Shown here one piece after another: positions 32,086 to 43,900 of a stretch of DNA of 64,000 nucleotides (position 1 is the first letter of the stretch; every line of letters begins with the position of its first letter). This DNA comes from an uncultured virus (IMG/VR IMGVR_UViG_3300031963_000026). Taxonomy: Duplodnaviria; Heunggongvirae; Uroviricota; Caudoviricetes. Under the pieces are notes generated by a model. It was not told where the DNA came from, ran no database searches, and was given only the letters and a program-made list of their open reading frames with translations. The DNA lies in the IMG/VR virus record IMGVR_UViG_3300031963_000026, positions 62,001-126,000 of that record; one strand, given 5' to 3'. The position numbers were made by a program, and so were the translations under genes.

Positions 32086-33480
32086 TTAATTGTTACTATT
32101 TTGTTTATTTCCTTCTCGAGACTTACGTTTTTCCATAAGCTCTTTAATTCGGTCTCTTTGCTTTTCTTCTTTCTTTTCCTCAAAGCCTAGGAACGTAACT
32201 GAACTCTCAGTGTCAATCTCCATCATCTTGTTATTGAATTTACAATTCTCAAACACCACACCATCTTTACCCAATCGCGACTTGGTGATAGCAATGGTTG
32301 CCAAATCCATTTCCTTCTGTTGAAGTGTTTTGGCGATAGAGATAATTACGTGACCAACTTGTGCTTTTTTAATGGATCCACCCATTTGGTCTGTCGTAAC
32401 AACCTCTGATGAAATAGATGATCTATTACCTTGTGTTGCTGTCCAACCTGCGATACTCAATTCGTGACACATTGCTTCAAATCCTCTCATCACTGAACCT
32501 TCACTTTTCCATTCATCACCAAGATTCTTGTCCGGAACCACACAATCGATATAATCTAATAATACGATGTCAATTTTTGTTCCGTCAGCAATTAATTTTC
32601 TAACTTGGTTTTTTATTTGGTTCATTGTCATAGTATCAGATGGTAACTTCATCAAAACCAATTCATTTGGCATCGAGTTTTGAATTTCACGTACCTTATC
32701 TAATACCTCATCCTTTTTTTCAGACAATTCATCAGGACTGATGCCGGTCCATATCGTGAAATGTTTTCTCTGAATAATTTTAGGATTATCTTCAAAGAAG
32801 ATTTGTAGAACATTATATCCGTGAGCAAACGCTGTGTTGGCAATTTTAGTTAAGATTGTACTTTTACCCACACCTGTTGGTGCAAGAATCACTCCAATCT
32901 CACCTTTAGCTAATCCTCCATTTAATAAGTTGTCAATACCAGGTATTCCCATCGGAATAGGATGTCTGAAATCATCATTTAGAACCTCATCTAGGTTACC
33001 AAAGACATCTGACATACCATCCTTTCTCTCACCAACTTGTAACGCCTCACGTACAAGTTCTTCCAACTGATCATAGTTTTCAAACTCACCATTATCAATT
33101 ACCTTTTGAGCCTTGGTCATTACTTTCTGTAATTCTTGTTGCTTACAAAACTTCAAAGCCTTTTCCTGAACAAACTGACTTCCTTCAAATGGACTATTTT
33201 TAACTTGGTTAATAGTATCCATAAGGATCTTTAACATCGTTTCATTCGGAAACTCACTCTTAGTTTGTTGCTCCAAAGTATCAAAAGATGGTGTGCAATC
33301 ATACTTCTTATAATATTCTTTTATAAGTTGTATTAACGTCTTGAAATACTTGTTATCAAAATACGAGGGTTCAATTACGTCTAAAATGCTACGAGCGAAA
33401 TCTTTGTCAACGATAATCTGATTTAATAATTGTAACTGAAAAGTTTGACCTAGATACTCGAAATTTTTTACTTTAGACAT
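32086..33480 (-). CDS. Replicative DNA helicase (DnaB / T4 gp41-like)
   Basis: Walker A APTGVGKS, LLDYID, WTATQGNR and KSRLG motifs. Confidence 0.9.
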   Translation of the reverse strand: MSKVKNFEYLGQTFQLQLLNQIIVDKDFARSILDVIEPSYFDNKYFKTLIQLIKEYYKKYDCTPSFDTLEQQTKSEFPNETMLKILMDTINQVKNSPFEGSQFVQEKALKFCKQQELQKVMTKAQKVIDNGEFENYDQLEELVREALQVGERKDGMSDVFGNLDEVLNDDFRHPIPMGIPGIDNLLNGGLAKGEIGVILAPTGVGKSTILTKIANTAFAHGYNVLQIFFEDNPKIIQRKHFTIWTGISPDELSEKKDEVLDKVREIQNSMPNELVLMKLPSDTMTMNQIKNQVRKLIADGTKIDIVLLDYIDCVVPDKNLGDEWKSEGSVMRGFEAMCHELSIAGWTATQGNRSSISSEVVTTDQMGGSIKKAQVGHVIISIAKTLQQKEMDLATIAITKSRLGKDGVVFENCKFNNKMMEIDTESSVTFLGFEEKKEEKQRDRIKELMEKRKSREGNKQNSNN

Positions 33481-33516
33481 ACGATTTTTTTTTAGCTGTT
33501 TTGATAAATATACAGG

Positions 33517-33969
33517 TTATAGACTAATGTTCAAATATTCTGTTGTTAAATTTTCAGATGAAAAAATGTCAGTTAAGTCTTTTAACACTGCTTTAATTTC
33601 CGGACGTACATCCACAGTATATCTAACCTTGGGTGGATACACTTTGGCATCAAAATTTCTATGACAAATTGTGTGATCGCCCACTTTTACATACATACGG
33701 AACTCCTCAGCACCATCCGTGTAAGATGTATTCATAACATTTGGATCTTCCTCAATAATATGTTTATTATCCAATAGGTAGATTACACTTTTCATCTTCA
33801 AATCATATTGAAGTTTTTCACCTAAACCTTTGAAATAATCATAAAACTCCATCGAATTTTTTGCCTTCGGATTGTAGTTTCTTACATTGAAAAATCGTTG
33901 AACTACGATGTTATCATTCAATGTCATTAGAAATTCCATTTTGGTAATTTCTTGTTCTTTTGTACTCAT
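33517..33969 (-). CDS. Hypothetical protein in the replication module
   Basis: 150-aa ORF overlapping the exonuclease stop codon. Confidence 0.6.
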   Translation of the reverse strand: MSTKEQEITKMEFLMTLNDNIVVQRFFNVRNYNPKAKNSMEFYDYFKGLGEKLQYDLKMKSVIYLLDNKHIIEEDPNVMNTSYTDGAEEFRMYVKVGDHTICHRNFDAKVYPPKVRYTVDVRPEIKAVLKDLTDIFSSENLTTEYLNISL

Positions 33970-34976
33970 TTTGTTTGATTTTTTTTGTGATACATTTTTT
34001 CTTTTCTCGTAAGTTTCATAAAGGGTCTTACGAAATCAACCCACGCCTCGTCCTTTTTGGGTAAGAACTTGAAAAACCCATCTTCCGTCATCATTCGGAT
34101 TAAATTCCTGTAACCCCTATCCTCGGGATCCAAGGATTCTTCGTAATAATCTCGTACTAATTCTTTCGCATCTTCTGTAATTAAAGGGTTTGACAAATCT
34201 ATTATCTGTTCATTGATTTGATAATACTCTTCCCCAAAGATACCTAATTTTGTCTTACCAGTCAAAATATTTTTTAATGTATTGTTATCCTTAAATTCCT
34301 TTAACAATTCCTCACTTTTTTCTAAAATATACTTGACACTAACAATTTCAGTTTGAACTTCAGGGAAGAATTTTACCAACGTTTTTTCACCAAGTCCGTA
34401 AATACCATTGATATTGTCCGACTTGTCTCCCATCAAAATTTTTAGAGTTTTTGTGTTTTCTACAGGAACTTTGATCTCTTGTAAGCTTACCCTATCATTT
34501 TTCACAAAAAATTTTCGGTGTGAAGGATTATAAACCCTTACTTTATCATTAACTAATTGTAAATAATCTTTATCTGCCGAAAATATTGTCTTATCCTCAT
34601 TCTCTGAAATCAAACAATAATACGCAATCAAATCGTCCGATTCATTGTTAGGAACCTCTAACTGACGAACAAAGATCTCCTCCAAATAAGACCTAACTCT
34701 TGTCTTCTGATCATCATATGACTGATACTTTTCATCAGTCATTGTATTACGTCTGTTTTCCTTATACTGTGGATATATTTTCTTACGAGTTGATGAATTA
34801 TTCTCCCCGTCCCAAAACACAATTACTTTGTCGTAATTATTATCCTCCAAAAATTTTCTGATAGTATTCAAAAAGTGAAAAACCCCACCAATGTGCTTAC
34901 CATTATGATAAAATTCTCGAACTCCGTGAAATCCAATCTTGAATAGATTGTTGCCATCAATAAGTAGGGTTTTCAC
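33966..34976 (-). CDS. 5'-3' exonuclease / RNase H (flap endonuclease family)
   Basis: LLIDGNNL, YKENR, ESDDLIA, SADKDYLQL and GDKSDNINGIYGLGEKT motifs; GTG start. Confidence 0.9.
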   Translation of the reverse strand: MKTLLIDGNNLFKIGFHGVREFYHNGKHIGGVFHFLNTIRKFLEDNNYDKVIVFWDGENNSSTRKKIYPQYKENRRNTMTDEKYQSYDDQKTRVRSYLEEIFVRQLEVPNNESDDLIAYYCLISENEDKTIFSADKDYLQLVNDKVRVYNPSHRKFFVKNDRVSLQEIKVPVENTKTLKILMGDKSDNINGIYGLGEKTLVKFFPEVQTEIVSVKYILEKSEELLKEFKDNNTLKNILTGKTKLGIFGEEYYQINEQIIDLSNPLITEDAKELVRDYYEESLDPEDRGYRNLIRMMTEDGFFKFLPKKDEAWVDFVRPFMKLTRKEKMYHKKNQTK

Positions 34977-34983
34977 AATTAAA

Positions 34984-35991
34984 TTAGTTTAAGGATTCTT
35001 TCTCTTCTTTCAAATCAAAGTCACCATCAGATCCGATAACATCTTTCCAATACTCAGCATATTCTTTCTTATACCTTTCAACCGATGCCTTTTCTTCTGT
35101 GCTATCCTTACCCGATAAGAATCCGTGGGGTGTAACAATAATCTTACCATCATCATATCCTAATCCGTTGATGTGGTTCTTCAATACAGAAATCTTACTA
35201 CGAATTGCGAACTTAACCGTTCTTTTGTCTTTGGTCGCTGTGATCTTAGTGGTTCCCGCACCTTTTTGATTACCAAACAAAAATACCAATGATGAATTCA
35301 ACCATACCGCGTTTCCACCTTTAGCCATAATTTTTGGTTGTCCAAAAGGATTATCCGGTAACTCAACCCAAGGTTGGTTAACAATCACCAAAGAGTTTTG
35401 ATAATTTGAATCTGTCTTTCTTGATCCTGAAATTCTTTGGTTAATACCCATACCAATTTTGTCAGATAATACCGAAGCGTTGTGTTGCTTACCACCCTTA
35501 CCATCAAAGGTCATTTTACACGGCACAGAACCCACAGAATCCCACAAGAATAGAAGATCATACTCAATCTCACCTTTCTCTTGTGCGTCCAACATATCGT
35601 TGATATAGTCGGTTATTTGCTCAATATACTCAAAGTTATTATTGAAGATGAAAAATCCATCCCAATCAACCTCACCTGTAGTTTCGTCAATAACCTCTTC
35701 ACATTCAAATCCCATCAAACGAGCGTGTTCAAACGACCACTTTTGTTCGGTGATAATGAATACAGGAAGAATACCCTTTCTCTGAGCATCAACCGCAGTT
35801 TTAACCAACGCTGTTGTTTTACCCGTATCTGAGTGACCCAAAAACATATTAATATGTCCCATCGCAGGACCAGGAACACCAACCGCATCCAAAAAATCAG
35901 GACCCAAGTCAAAATAACTTTGTGGTTTGTACTTCGCTGACGTAGAAAATTTCTCTTTTACTTTTTTGAAATCCGCTTTCTTAATCGCCAT
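34984..35991 (-). CDS. RecA/UvsX-like recombinase
   Basis: GHSDTGKT Walker A, WDSVG, IVNQ, KGGNAV and KNH motifs. Confidence 0.85.
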   Translation of the reverse strand: MAIKKADFKKVKEKFSTSAKYKPQSYFDLGPDFLDAVGVPGPAMGHINMFLGHSDTGKTTALVKTAVDAQRKGILPVFIITEQKWSFEHARLMGFECEEVIDETTGEVDWDGFFIFNNNFEYIEQITDYINDMLDAQEKGEIEYDLLFLWDSVGSVPCKMTFDGKGGKQHNASVLSDKIGMGINQRISGSRKTDSNYQNSLVIVNQPWVELPDNPFGQPKIMAKGGNAVWLNSSLVFLFGNQKGAGTTKITATKDKRTVKFAIRSKISVLKNHINGLGYDDGKIIVTPHGFLSGKDSTEEKASVERYKKEYAEYWKDVIGSDGDFDLKEEKESLN

Positions 35992-36015
35992 TTTTTTCTT
36001 TTTTACTTATTAAAC

Positions 36016-36057
36016 AAAAAGAACTTGGATACCCAATTTATTCAAGTATCCAAGTCC
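36016..36057 (-). terminator. Hairpin/terminator between SSB and recombinase genes
   Basis: ACTTGGATAC (36023-36032) / GTATCCAAGT (36046-36055) inverted repeat, followed by CTTTTT on the minus strand. Confidence 0.7.
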
Positions 36058-36064
36058 CATTAAA

Positions 36065-36904
36065 TTAGAACGGCATATCTCCGCTCGCGTCATCAAATGC
36101 TTGTGGATCTGAATATGATTTACCACCCATAGATGTGGTAGATTCAGTTGAGTCTCCATAAACATACTTACCCAAATCGTTGTCCCAACGTGGGGTTTCG
36201 CCATTGGCAATCGCCTCTAAATATTCCGCTGGTTTTTTGGAATAAACATTAGACCATACCAACTCATCATCCAACCACTCTTTTGCTGTCACAGCATTTT
36301 CGTGTAATGGTGTTGGATCATCATACATAATGGTCTGAACATTCGTATATTCTTTACCATTACCCGTCTTAGCCTTGTTCATTTGGATAATTAAGTCACG
36401 ACCTTTCTCAGCGTCGGTGATATCACCTTTTGCTCTCCAAATAGGAATAATCTTATCCAAGATACCCTCATTCTTAAAGTTGTGTTTGAATCTCCAAAAC
36501 TTAACCCCATCTTCTTCGTGATCACGATCTACAACTTTTACAATGTAAAATTTACGTGAACGATACTGTTTAGCCAATTCCTTGTCAGAATCTTTACCCG
36601 TCGCCATTAATTCTTCGTACAACTCGTTCAACGGGGAACGTTCGTTGTCGTTTTTACCAGGATCAAAAAACTTTTGCCATTTTCCACCAACTTGGATCTC
36701 ATGGAACCATACTTCCTTAAAAGGTGATGAACCATCAGGTGTTGGTAGAATACGGATTCTAGCTTGACCTTCTTTTGATTTTTCAGGAAGAAGACATGTG
36801 AAATACTTCTTCATTCGCTCTTCCTGCGACATCCCAGAACTAGAGGATGTTCCCGTTTGCGTGTTTTTTTCGTATTGTGACAATACTGCGTCTAATGAAC
36901 TCAT
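36065..36904 (-). CDS. Single-stranded DNA-binding protein (T4 gp32-like)
   Basis: IRILP, EVWFH, GVKFWRF and DAEKGRDLII motifs; acidic tail ending DMPF. Confidence 0.8.
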   Translation of the reverse strand: MSSLDAVLSQYEKNTQTGTSSSSGMSQEERMKKYFTCLLPEKSKEGQARIRILPTPDGSSPFKEVWFHEIQVGGKWQKFFDPGKNDNERSPLNELYEELMATGKDSDKELAKQYRSRKFYIVKVVDRDHEEDGVKFWRFKHNFKNEGILDKIIPIWRAKGDITDAEKGRDLIIQMNKAKTGNGKEYTNVQTIMYDDPTPLHENAVTAKEWLDDELVWSNVYSKKPAEYLEAIANGETPRWDNDLGKYVYGDSTESTTSMGGKSYSDPQAFDDASGDMPF

Positions 36905-36963
36905 ATAAAAAAAATTTAGTGTTTACAATTCAATAATAAAACAAAAATGAACATAGTCAAATT

Positions 36964-36986
36964 AAAAAAGGGGTCCGAAGACCCCT
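36964..36986 (-). terminator. Rho-independent terminator with UUCG tetraloop
   Basis: Minus strand: AGGGGTC-TTCG-GACCCCT-TTTTT. Confidence 0.9.
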
Positions 36987-36996
36987 ATATTTTTTT

Positions 36997-37656
36997 TTAA
37001 GGATACTTAAATTGATTTTGTTGTCCGTAATACATGTCATCTGTATATGAATCAAAGGTATCTCTAACTTCAGAATCTGTAAAATCTGAAATCTCATCAG
37101 ATGTTAAAACATATTCTTTACCTGTTTTTTCAAAATCTTCCTCCTTTTCTTGGAAGAAATCGGTAAGTTTTTGGTTGAATGGTCCCGAATCTAAACTTCT
37201 TAACTCTAATTTCTCCTCGGGAGTTCTTGGACGGTATTTTTCTATCTTATTTTCAATTTGATTTAACTTATCCGTTAAGTTACTCATCTCAGAAACTTTT
37301 GTCTGTAAATCTTCTAATTGTTTAAACAAATCTTCAAAATAATCTTTTTGTTTTTTCTCAATAGATTCCTGAGATTTTACTAGGTCCGTAACATCCAATT
37401 CTTCAGTTCCGTCTTTTTCTTCTTTTTTCTCGTCACCAATCTTTTGAACATCTTTATCCACATCAACATCGATCACTTCAGCAGGAGGACCTACTTCACC
37501 ACCAACAGGTGGGGGTGCAATAGAACCTTCGGGTTCTGCAGGTGGTGGAGGTGGAACATCTCCTGGAGGAGGTGGAACCGCCTCTTGTTCCATTATGTAT
37601 TTGTTAATACGATTGTATCTTGACAATTCTTCCAATATTTTTTTCTCTACCGACAT
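36997..37656 (-). CDS. Acidic, Pro-rich coiled-coil protein (possible internal virion/scaffold-like)
   Basis: PPPPGDVPPPPPA tract, coiled coil, ILEE/IMEQ near the N-terminus. Confidence 0.6.
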   Translation of the reverse strand: MSVEKKILEELSRYNRINKYIMEQEAVPPPPGDVPPPPPAEPEGSIAPPPVGGEVGPPAEVIDVDVDKDVQKIGDEKKEEKDGTEELDVTDLVKSQESIEKKQKDYFEDLFKQLEDLQTKVSEMSNLTDKLNQIENKIEKYRPRTPEEKLELRSLDSGPFNQKLTDFFQEKEEDFEKTGKEYVLTSDEISDFTDSEVRDTFDSYTDDMYYGQQNQFKYP

Positions 37657-37660
37657 CTTA

Positions 37661-37885
37661 TTATCCGTTTAATAATTGTTTATAACCTGTTGGTGTTTCG
37701 ACTTGGATTTTTCTAGAAGCGTTCTTCACGTTATCCACTCTTTCAATTAAACCATCTCTCATACTTATTTGATAACAATCACCTGTGTCTAAATCACACA
37801 CCTCAGTATAACCATTATCTAAAGTTTTTTGTGAAATCCTTGTATTCTTACCAAGGTATCTATCTAAATGTTCTTTAATATTCAT
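37661..37885 (-). CDS. Hypothetical small protein
   Basis: 74-aa ORF with TATTTAT upstream (37903-37909). Confidence 0.6.
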   Translation of the reverse strand: MNIKEHLDRYLGKNTRISQKTLDNGYTEVCDLDTGDCYQISMRDGLIERVDNVKNASRKIQVETPTGYKQLLNG

Positions 37886-37928
37886 AATATTATCTTTGTT
37901 TAATAAATATCTAGTTTTTTCGTTAGTT

Positions 37929-40900
37929 TCAAATCTTTATGTTTAATGATGGAACTAATCCTAATTTTTTTGCAAGAACCACCCCTTCATAAATATTTTT
38001 AGCCCAAGAACTATATTGTGTTTCATTACGTGATATGAAACTTAATAGTTGTGATTCTGTTAAATTGTTCGCCCAATATAGTAACCAAACGTCAGTAACT
38101 TGGAATGATATTAAAGCGGAATCAGTTGCTGTCAATCCACTATAATTCAAAACCCCTTTTGATTGGTTCAGAGAAATCCTCTTAGATGGTTTTTCAAAAT
38201 AATTAACCAACATGTTAATATTGTTACTATCAGATGCAAAAGAAACAAAAGGTAAGCTATTACCGTTTGAATTTGTCAAACAGAAGTATTGATTTTTAAA
38301 GTAGGTGGGTATGTTTCCACCGTACTTTTTATCTAAGGTAACTCCCGCAAAATTATAATCATAACCTGTTAATTTTTCAGTATTAGAACTTGACATATAT
38401 AACGTACAAAAAGTTAATAATCTATTAGCCTCATTTGCTGTCGCTTGTGAAATATATCTAGCCGCTTGTTTAAAACTTAACTCACTTATCAATGCATCGG
38501 AAGGTTGATAAGATACATATGACGGATCAAGTTTATTAACACATGATGCGTTAGAACCTAACGTAAATGATGTTTTGTTGGTAACGTTACTTCCAACATT
38601 AGTTATATTAACAGTGGTTGGTGTTTGATTATTTTCATCCTCCCTCTTTTTCTTCAATTTACTTAATAACCCGCTTAAGACCACTTGGTTTAACGATGTA
38701 ATTTGTTTGTCCAATTGTGGCATAGAATAAATAGGTATTCTAACACCTTTAAATTGTGTTGTAAATTGTCCCGGTGCTATTTGGTGTGTTACCGACTGTA
38801 TATGATAAGGACCATTAAACATCGGAACGTTTTTCAAATTAAAATACATCGTTGGTTGTATCATTGAATTACCCAATGATGTTATTTCAACTTCATAAGA
38901 TCTATTTTTGTATAGATTATATAGCGATAAACTCTGTGCAATCCCTCTTTTACCTCCCGCAGCACTTGCCGTATCAGCAATTACTTTATTAGCTTCCGTT
39001 GTTGCAAGAGAATTGGTTTGAGATAGGTTAATGTTATAAAACATACCTTGTGATCTTGTTCCAAAATCCACGTTAAATCCAACAACTTTATTTGAAAGGT
39101 GATAATCATTTTTATTAACCGGTGTTTGAAATAACAAAGCATTCTCGGAAGTTCTTGTAATATCAAAACTATCATTTCCAAATCTATAATCATCAGATCT
39201 TCTCATATCCAAATGTTCTGATACTTTACCACCATATATGCAAACAATTTTTGATCGAGCTTGTCTATAATCGACGTTAAGGTGGGTACCAAATAATGTT
39301 TGTGCCAAATCTTGACTGTTTTCAGGATTTGGTTGTCCGTCAGCATCAATCAATTCTTTACTCCAAAAATTCATGTAAGCCCCCATAGGCATCATCATAA
39401 ACTTATTATCACTCAAAATTTTACTAAAAAAGTCCAACACTCTCATATTAAGAGGATTGTTATTTAATAACGTCTTAAAACTAAAAATGTCAATCAACGC
39501 GGTTCTACCAATATCTCTATTTGCTCTATCCAAAAATACAACATCTTGGAACAGGGTTCTTCCTTTATAGTCGTTACCCGCAATCCACTTATTATCCAAG
39601 GTTTTCATAGTATCCCAAATCTCATATTTTGGTGCGTTACCGTCAATAATACTATTAATTTTTTGTGATGAATTAACCGTAACTATTGGAAGTTGTTTTC
39701 CTAATTGATTAAACAATATCGTAAAAATATTTGTTTGTAACTCCGTTGCAGAATTAACATAATCATCAATTAATGTTGTGAAAATATCTTTTGTCATTAC
39801 ACCATTTGCCAAGTATTTTTGGGTAGCATACACCTTAATTAATGGGGCACAAGTAATAACATTTGCTTCCGTAAATGCAATATTATTATCAACAAAAAAA
39901 TCTGTAATATAAGAACCATCACTAGAATAATAGAACCCATAAGGTACCGTAGTTCCCGATGAATATAAACCCACATATGTCTTTAACGCTTTCCAAGCCA
40001 AAGGATTTGAATTCTCTGACTGTTCCAAAGTTACCGTTCCACTACTTGTGGGTAATGAACCATTAACATACGGACTAAATACAATAGGATCGGTTATCTT
40101 ATTTGTTTGGAATGAGCCATACAATCTTCTATTAAAGTTTGATGGGTTTCCATTTACAAATAACACGTTTTGATCCAAAAATAACCTACAATTATTTGAT
40201 AATTTATCTTGTTGAGCATTTGCAACTTTAGCAATAAACACATCATTAGATATCGCACCGTTAAATCGGTCAATAAACATCATGTCAGTCATTAATGCTT
40301 GAAAATTACCGAAGGTCACATCACTAACATATGGGTTTTGGAAATTACTTTTTGGACGACAAAAATCTAAAAACATTGTTTCAAAATCATCTAACACTTC
40401 CTTAGAGAATGTTGCAAACATCTCATCAATTCTTGTATATTCAAAATCCGTTTCAAAAGAAAACGCATCTTGCTTATTAACATCACTTTTGACTTTCTTG
40501 ATGTATTCATAATAATCGGGTTTTGTAAACGCCGCACTAGAAAAATAACCAAAAGGACCCGAACCCCAAATGAAATTAGTCGTTGCATTATAAATTGACG
40601 GATTATTCTCAACTTGATTGTATTGATTTAAGTTACTATAACTACTTAAATTGTTTTGAGTAAATAAGAAATTAGATACCTCATTAACCGGCGATCCGAA
40701 ACTTGGATATACTAAAATACTTTGTTGGTATTTTCTTGGGAATGAAGTATTATTATTTACGTCAAATGTAATGGCGTATGGTGTATAATTTAAGAATTTA
40801 ACACCACCATCATTGTATGGTTGATTTACATTATTATCAACATTATTTCGTATTTCAAGTTGATTACCACAAGTTGAACCAACATAATCAGAATCTGTAT

Positions 40901-43900
40901 ATCCTGTTAATAAATCAAAACCTGTTGTAAAGTAAGTAAAATCATTTATTAATTTAGGGTAAAATCCAGCAGTAATATTAGTTAATGTAACCGTATCAGT
41001 AATTGAATTTTGTAACGTGATAGTATTATCACTTCTTGAACCATTAACAAATGTTTTCGTATTGTAACTTCTAGTAGTTGATGAAGTTGTTGGATCGTAA
41101 TTTGCCGAATAATCAAAGTTTTTCCAAACACCATCCAAAATATCAACACCTTCATTTACTTGTTTCTTATATCTGTACCAAATTGAACCGTACTTAATAA
41201 TCCAAGAATAAGGTAATGATTGAACCGAACCATATTTATTTAAAACCGAAGCGATATATTCACCATACGTCCCACCACTAACGAATTTTTCTCTCAAAGT
41301 CGCCAAAGGTAATGAATTTAAGAATAAATACGCAGATTGGACATACGGATATGTTTCATTACTTCTTTCACTTTGAACTCCGGATAAAATAGAATTTGTA
41401 AAAAATGGTGTATTCATCATAGATATTACCCTATCACCCCACACACCCTCGGTTGCTAATCTATCGCCCGCCAATTTTGTTGCATATATTTGTAACGGTG
41501 TTAGAATACCGCTACTATCGTATTGAATGGGTTTAAACGCCGTATAATCCAATACAGTAAAGGGTTTTGGCGCGTTTTTAGGATCTGCAGTGGCAAAATT
41601 AGTTATATAATTTATTCTATCATTAAACACTAACGTTTGTGTTGTTTTGTAGAATCTAAGTCCGTCCGTTGCTCCGTTTTGTAACGAATTAGTATTAAAT
41701 GTATCCGAAACAAATGGGTATAAATCCGTAAATCCTTTTCCCGTTTCTACCTTCAATAGATCCGAAACTCTCTTTTTAGATGGCGCACTAATATTTGGTA
41801 AAACTGTTTCAATTAATGTCGTATTTCCCGATAAAACTTGAAATGGTTTGTCCGTTTTTCCAACCAAATATTTATTTGTATAATAACCTCTAATGAATTG
41901 ATTCCACGAAATACCTTTACCTTCATTAGATATGTGTCTCATCAAATCAGTAATATTTCCCGGTTGTATTGAAAAATCTTTCAAGATTTTAATTAGTTCG
42001 GGATTATCATTTGCTAATGCTTTTAATATATTCTCAGTTTCAAAATCAGCAATCGTTTTATAAACCTCCTTCTTATTTGAAACATCCGTATTTAATTTAT
42101 CATAAAATGACGCAGTGAAAACCCTTTCATAAATTTCATAAATAAATGAAACAACCTCTGTTATTGAATAGGTTCTATTTGTTGTTGGGTAATCAAAAGC
42201 GTTTAACGTAACTCTATTTATAGTTTTTTCTTCGTTGGTGGAACTTGTTGGATTTTGTAGAATCTCAAGATCTCTAACCGCCAAACCTTTCATATATTCT
42301 TCAACAAATTCTACTTCAGGCCAAATATCATACCTGTAAGCCTGTGTTTGATTAATCACCGATGGATCACCAGGATATCTTAACTCAAACTTTCCACCAT
42401 CTGTGGTGTTTTGTGTTTCAACAAAATATTGTGGCCAAGGATAAACAGGAATATCACCCGCAGCCGTGGTATCTATATTATTTTTATTCTCGTTGTTCAG
42501 GATTGCCGACTTTCTAATAGGATCAAACCTAACATCCCAAGCCTTAGTATGAACATCATCCAACAATCGTAAGAACGCCTCTAACGATGCGAATAAAACC
42601 GCACATACATTTCTCATTGTTGGTTTAAATCCTAACCCATTGTTACCCTCAATCTTTTTTTGTAATTCAGATGTTAAGGTATCTTCAATTTGTGTTCTTA
42701 CTTTGGTTGCGTTGGTATCTAACTTTTGAATCAAATCAACAAAAGTACCTTCACCTTCAAAATACATTACCTTTTGAGGTAATTTTACAGGACCCGCTTC
42801 CGAATCCGTCGTATTATCGGGTTGGTTATTGACAATACCATTTATCTTTATACTTGTATTAGAAAATTTAAGTTTATTTAATTCAATTCTAAAATTTTCT
42901 GTTTCAGCACTTGTTGGTATTCTTTTTAACCTTTCTTGTAATGTTTTTTGTTCGTCAATCATTCCCAAGTCACGAATAATCGTTCCAACGGTGATATCAT
43001 TATTAAGACCTGTTATTAGTTTTTTTATATTATTAATAGTTGCCGATCCACCACTACCTAACGTTTTGTTTTCAGATAATAATTTATTATATTCCTTTAC
43101 TATTTTATCAAGTATAACCTCAGCATCTTTCATACTTTGTTGAGATTGTCTAACATTCTCTTTATAGAGATAAAACTTTTTACCTGTATTATCATAATAA
43201 AACAATGATGTATCAACATACTTAGATGACCACGAATTGAGATCGGTAGAATAAACAGAATTTTGATAGTTTATTAGATTTTTCTTATAAGAATCAACGT
43301 CAGATAATGAAGAGAAATCTTGTTTCCCAAATGTGGCCAATAAATTTTCTTCAAGTTTTTCTAATTTAATCTGTAATTGATTAAGTGTCATCTCGGGGAA
43401 ATTCTCATCAACCAATCTTTGAGATTTATAATCTTGATAAACTTCTTTTAATTTTTGTAATCCTCTTGACGTTACAACTTGATTGACATCTGTATTAGTA
43501 TTTCCATTAGTGAATAACGCAGCGTTTTGAGCCTGTGTATTAGATGGTGGTGAAATGTTATAAGTTGTATTATACATATGTGGTAATGCAAACAAATATG
43601 CCACCGAAGTTTCGGCTAAAACAGAGTATTTGTAAGCAACAAACTTAAGATTAACAGTATAATCACCCGTGGATCCTTGGAATGACGCTTCAAAATTTTG
43701 TAATATTAATTCATATCTTATAGCTTTACCATAATAACCCTTCATTGTTAAATAAAATGTTGGGTATGGTAAGTTAAAAAATGCAGCATATGGTGAATTA
43801 TCACCTTTTTCAAATAACGCTCTACCCTGCACGTCAATTAACCTAACATTAACTACCGGTGTAAAACTCCTATCATTAGTTACCGTTATACTTTCAATAC

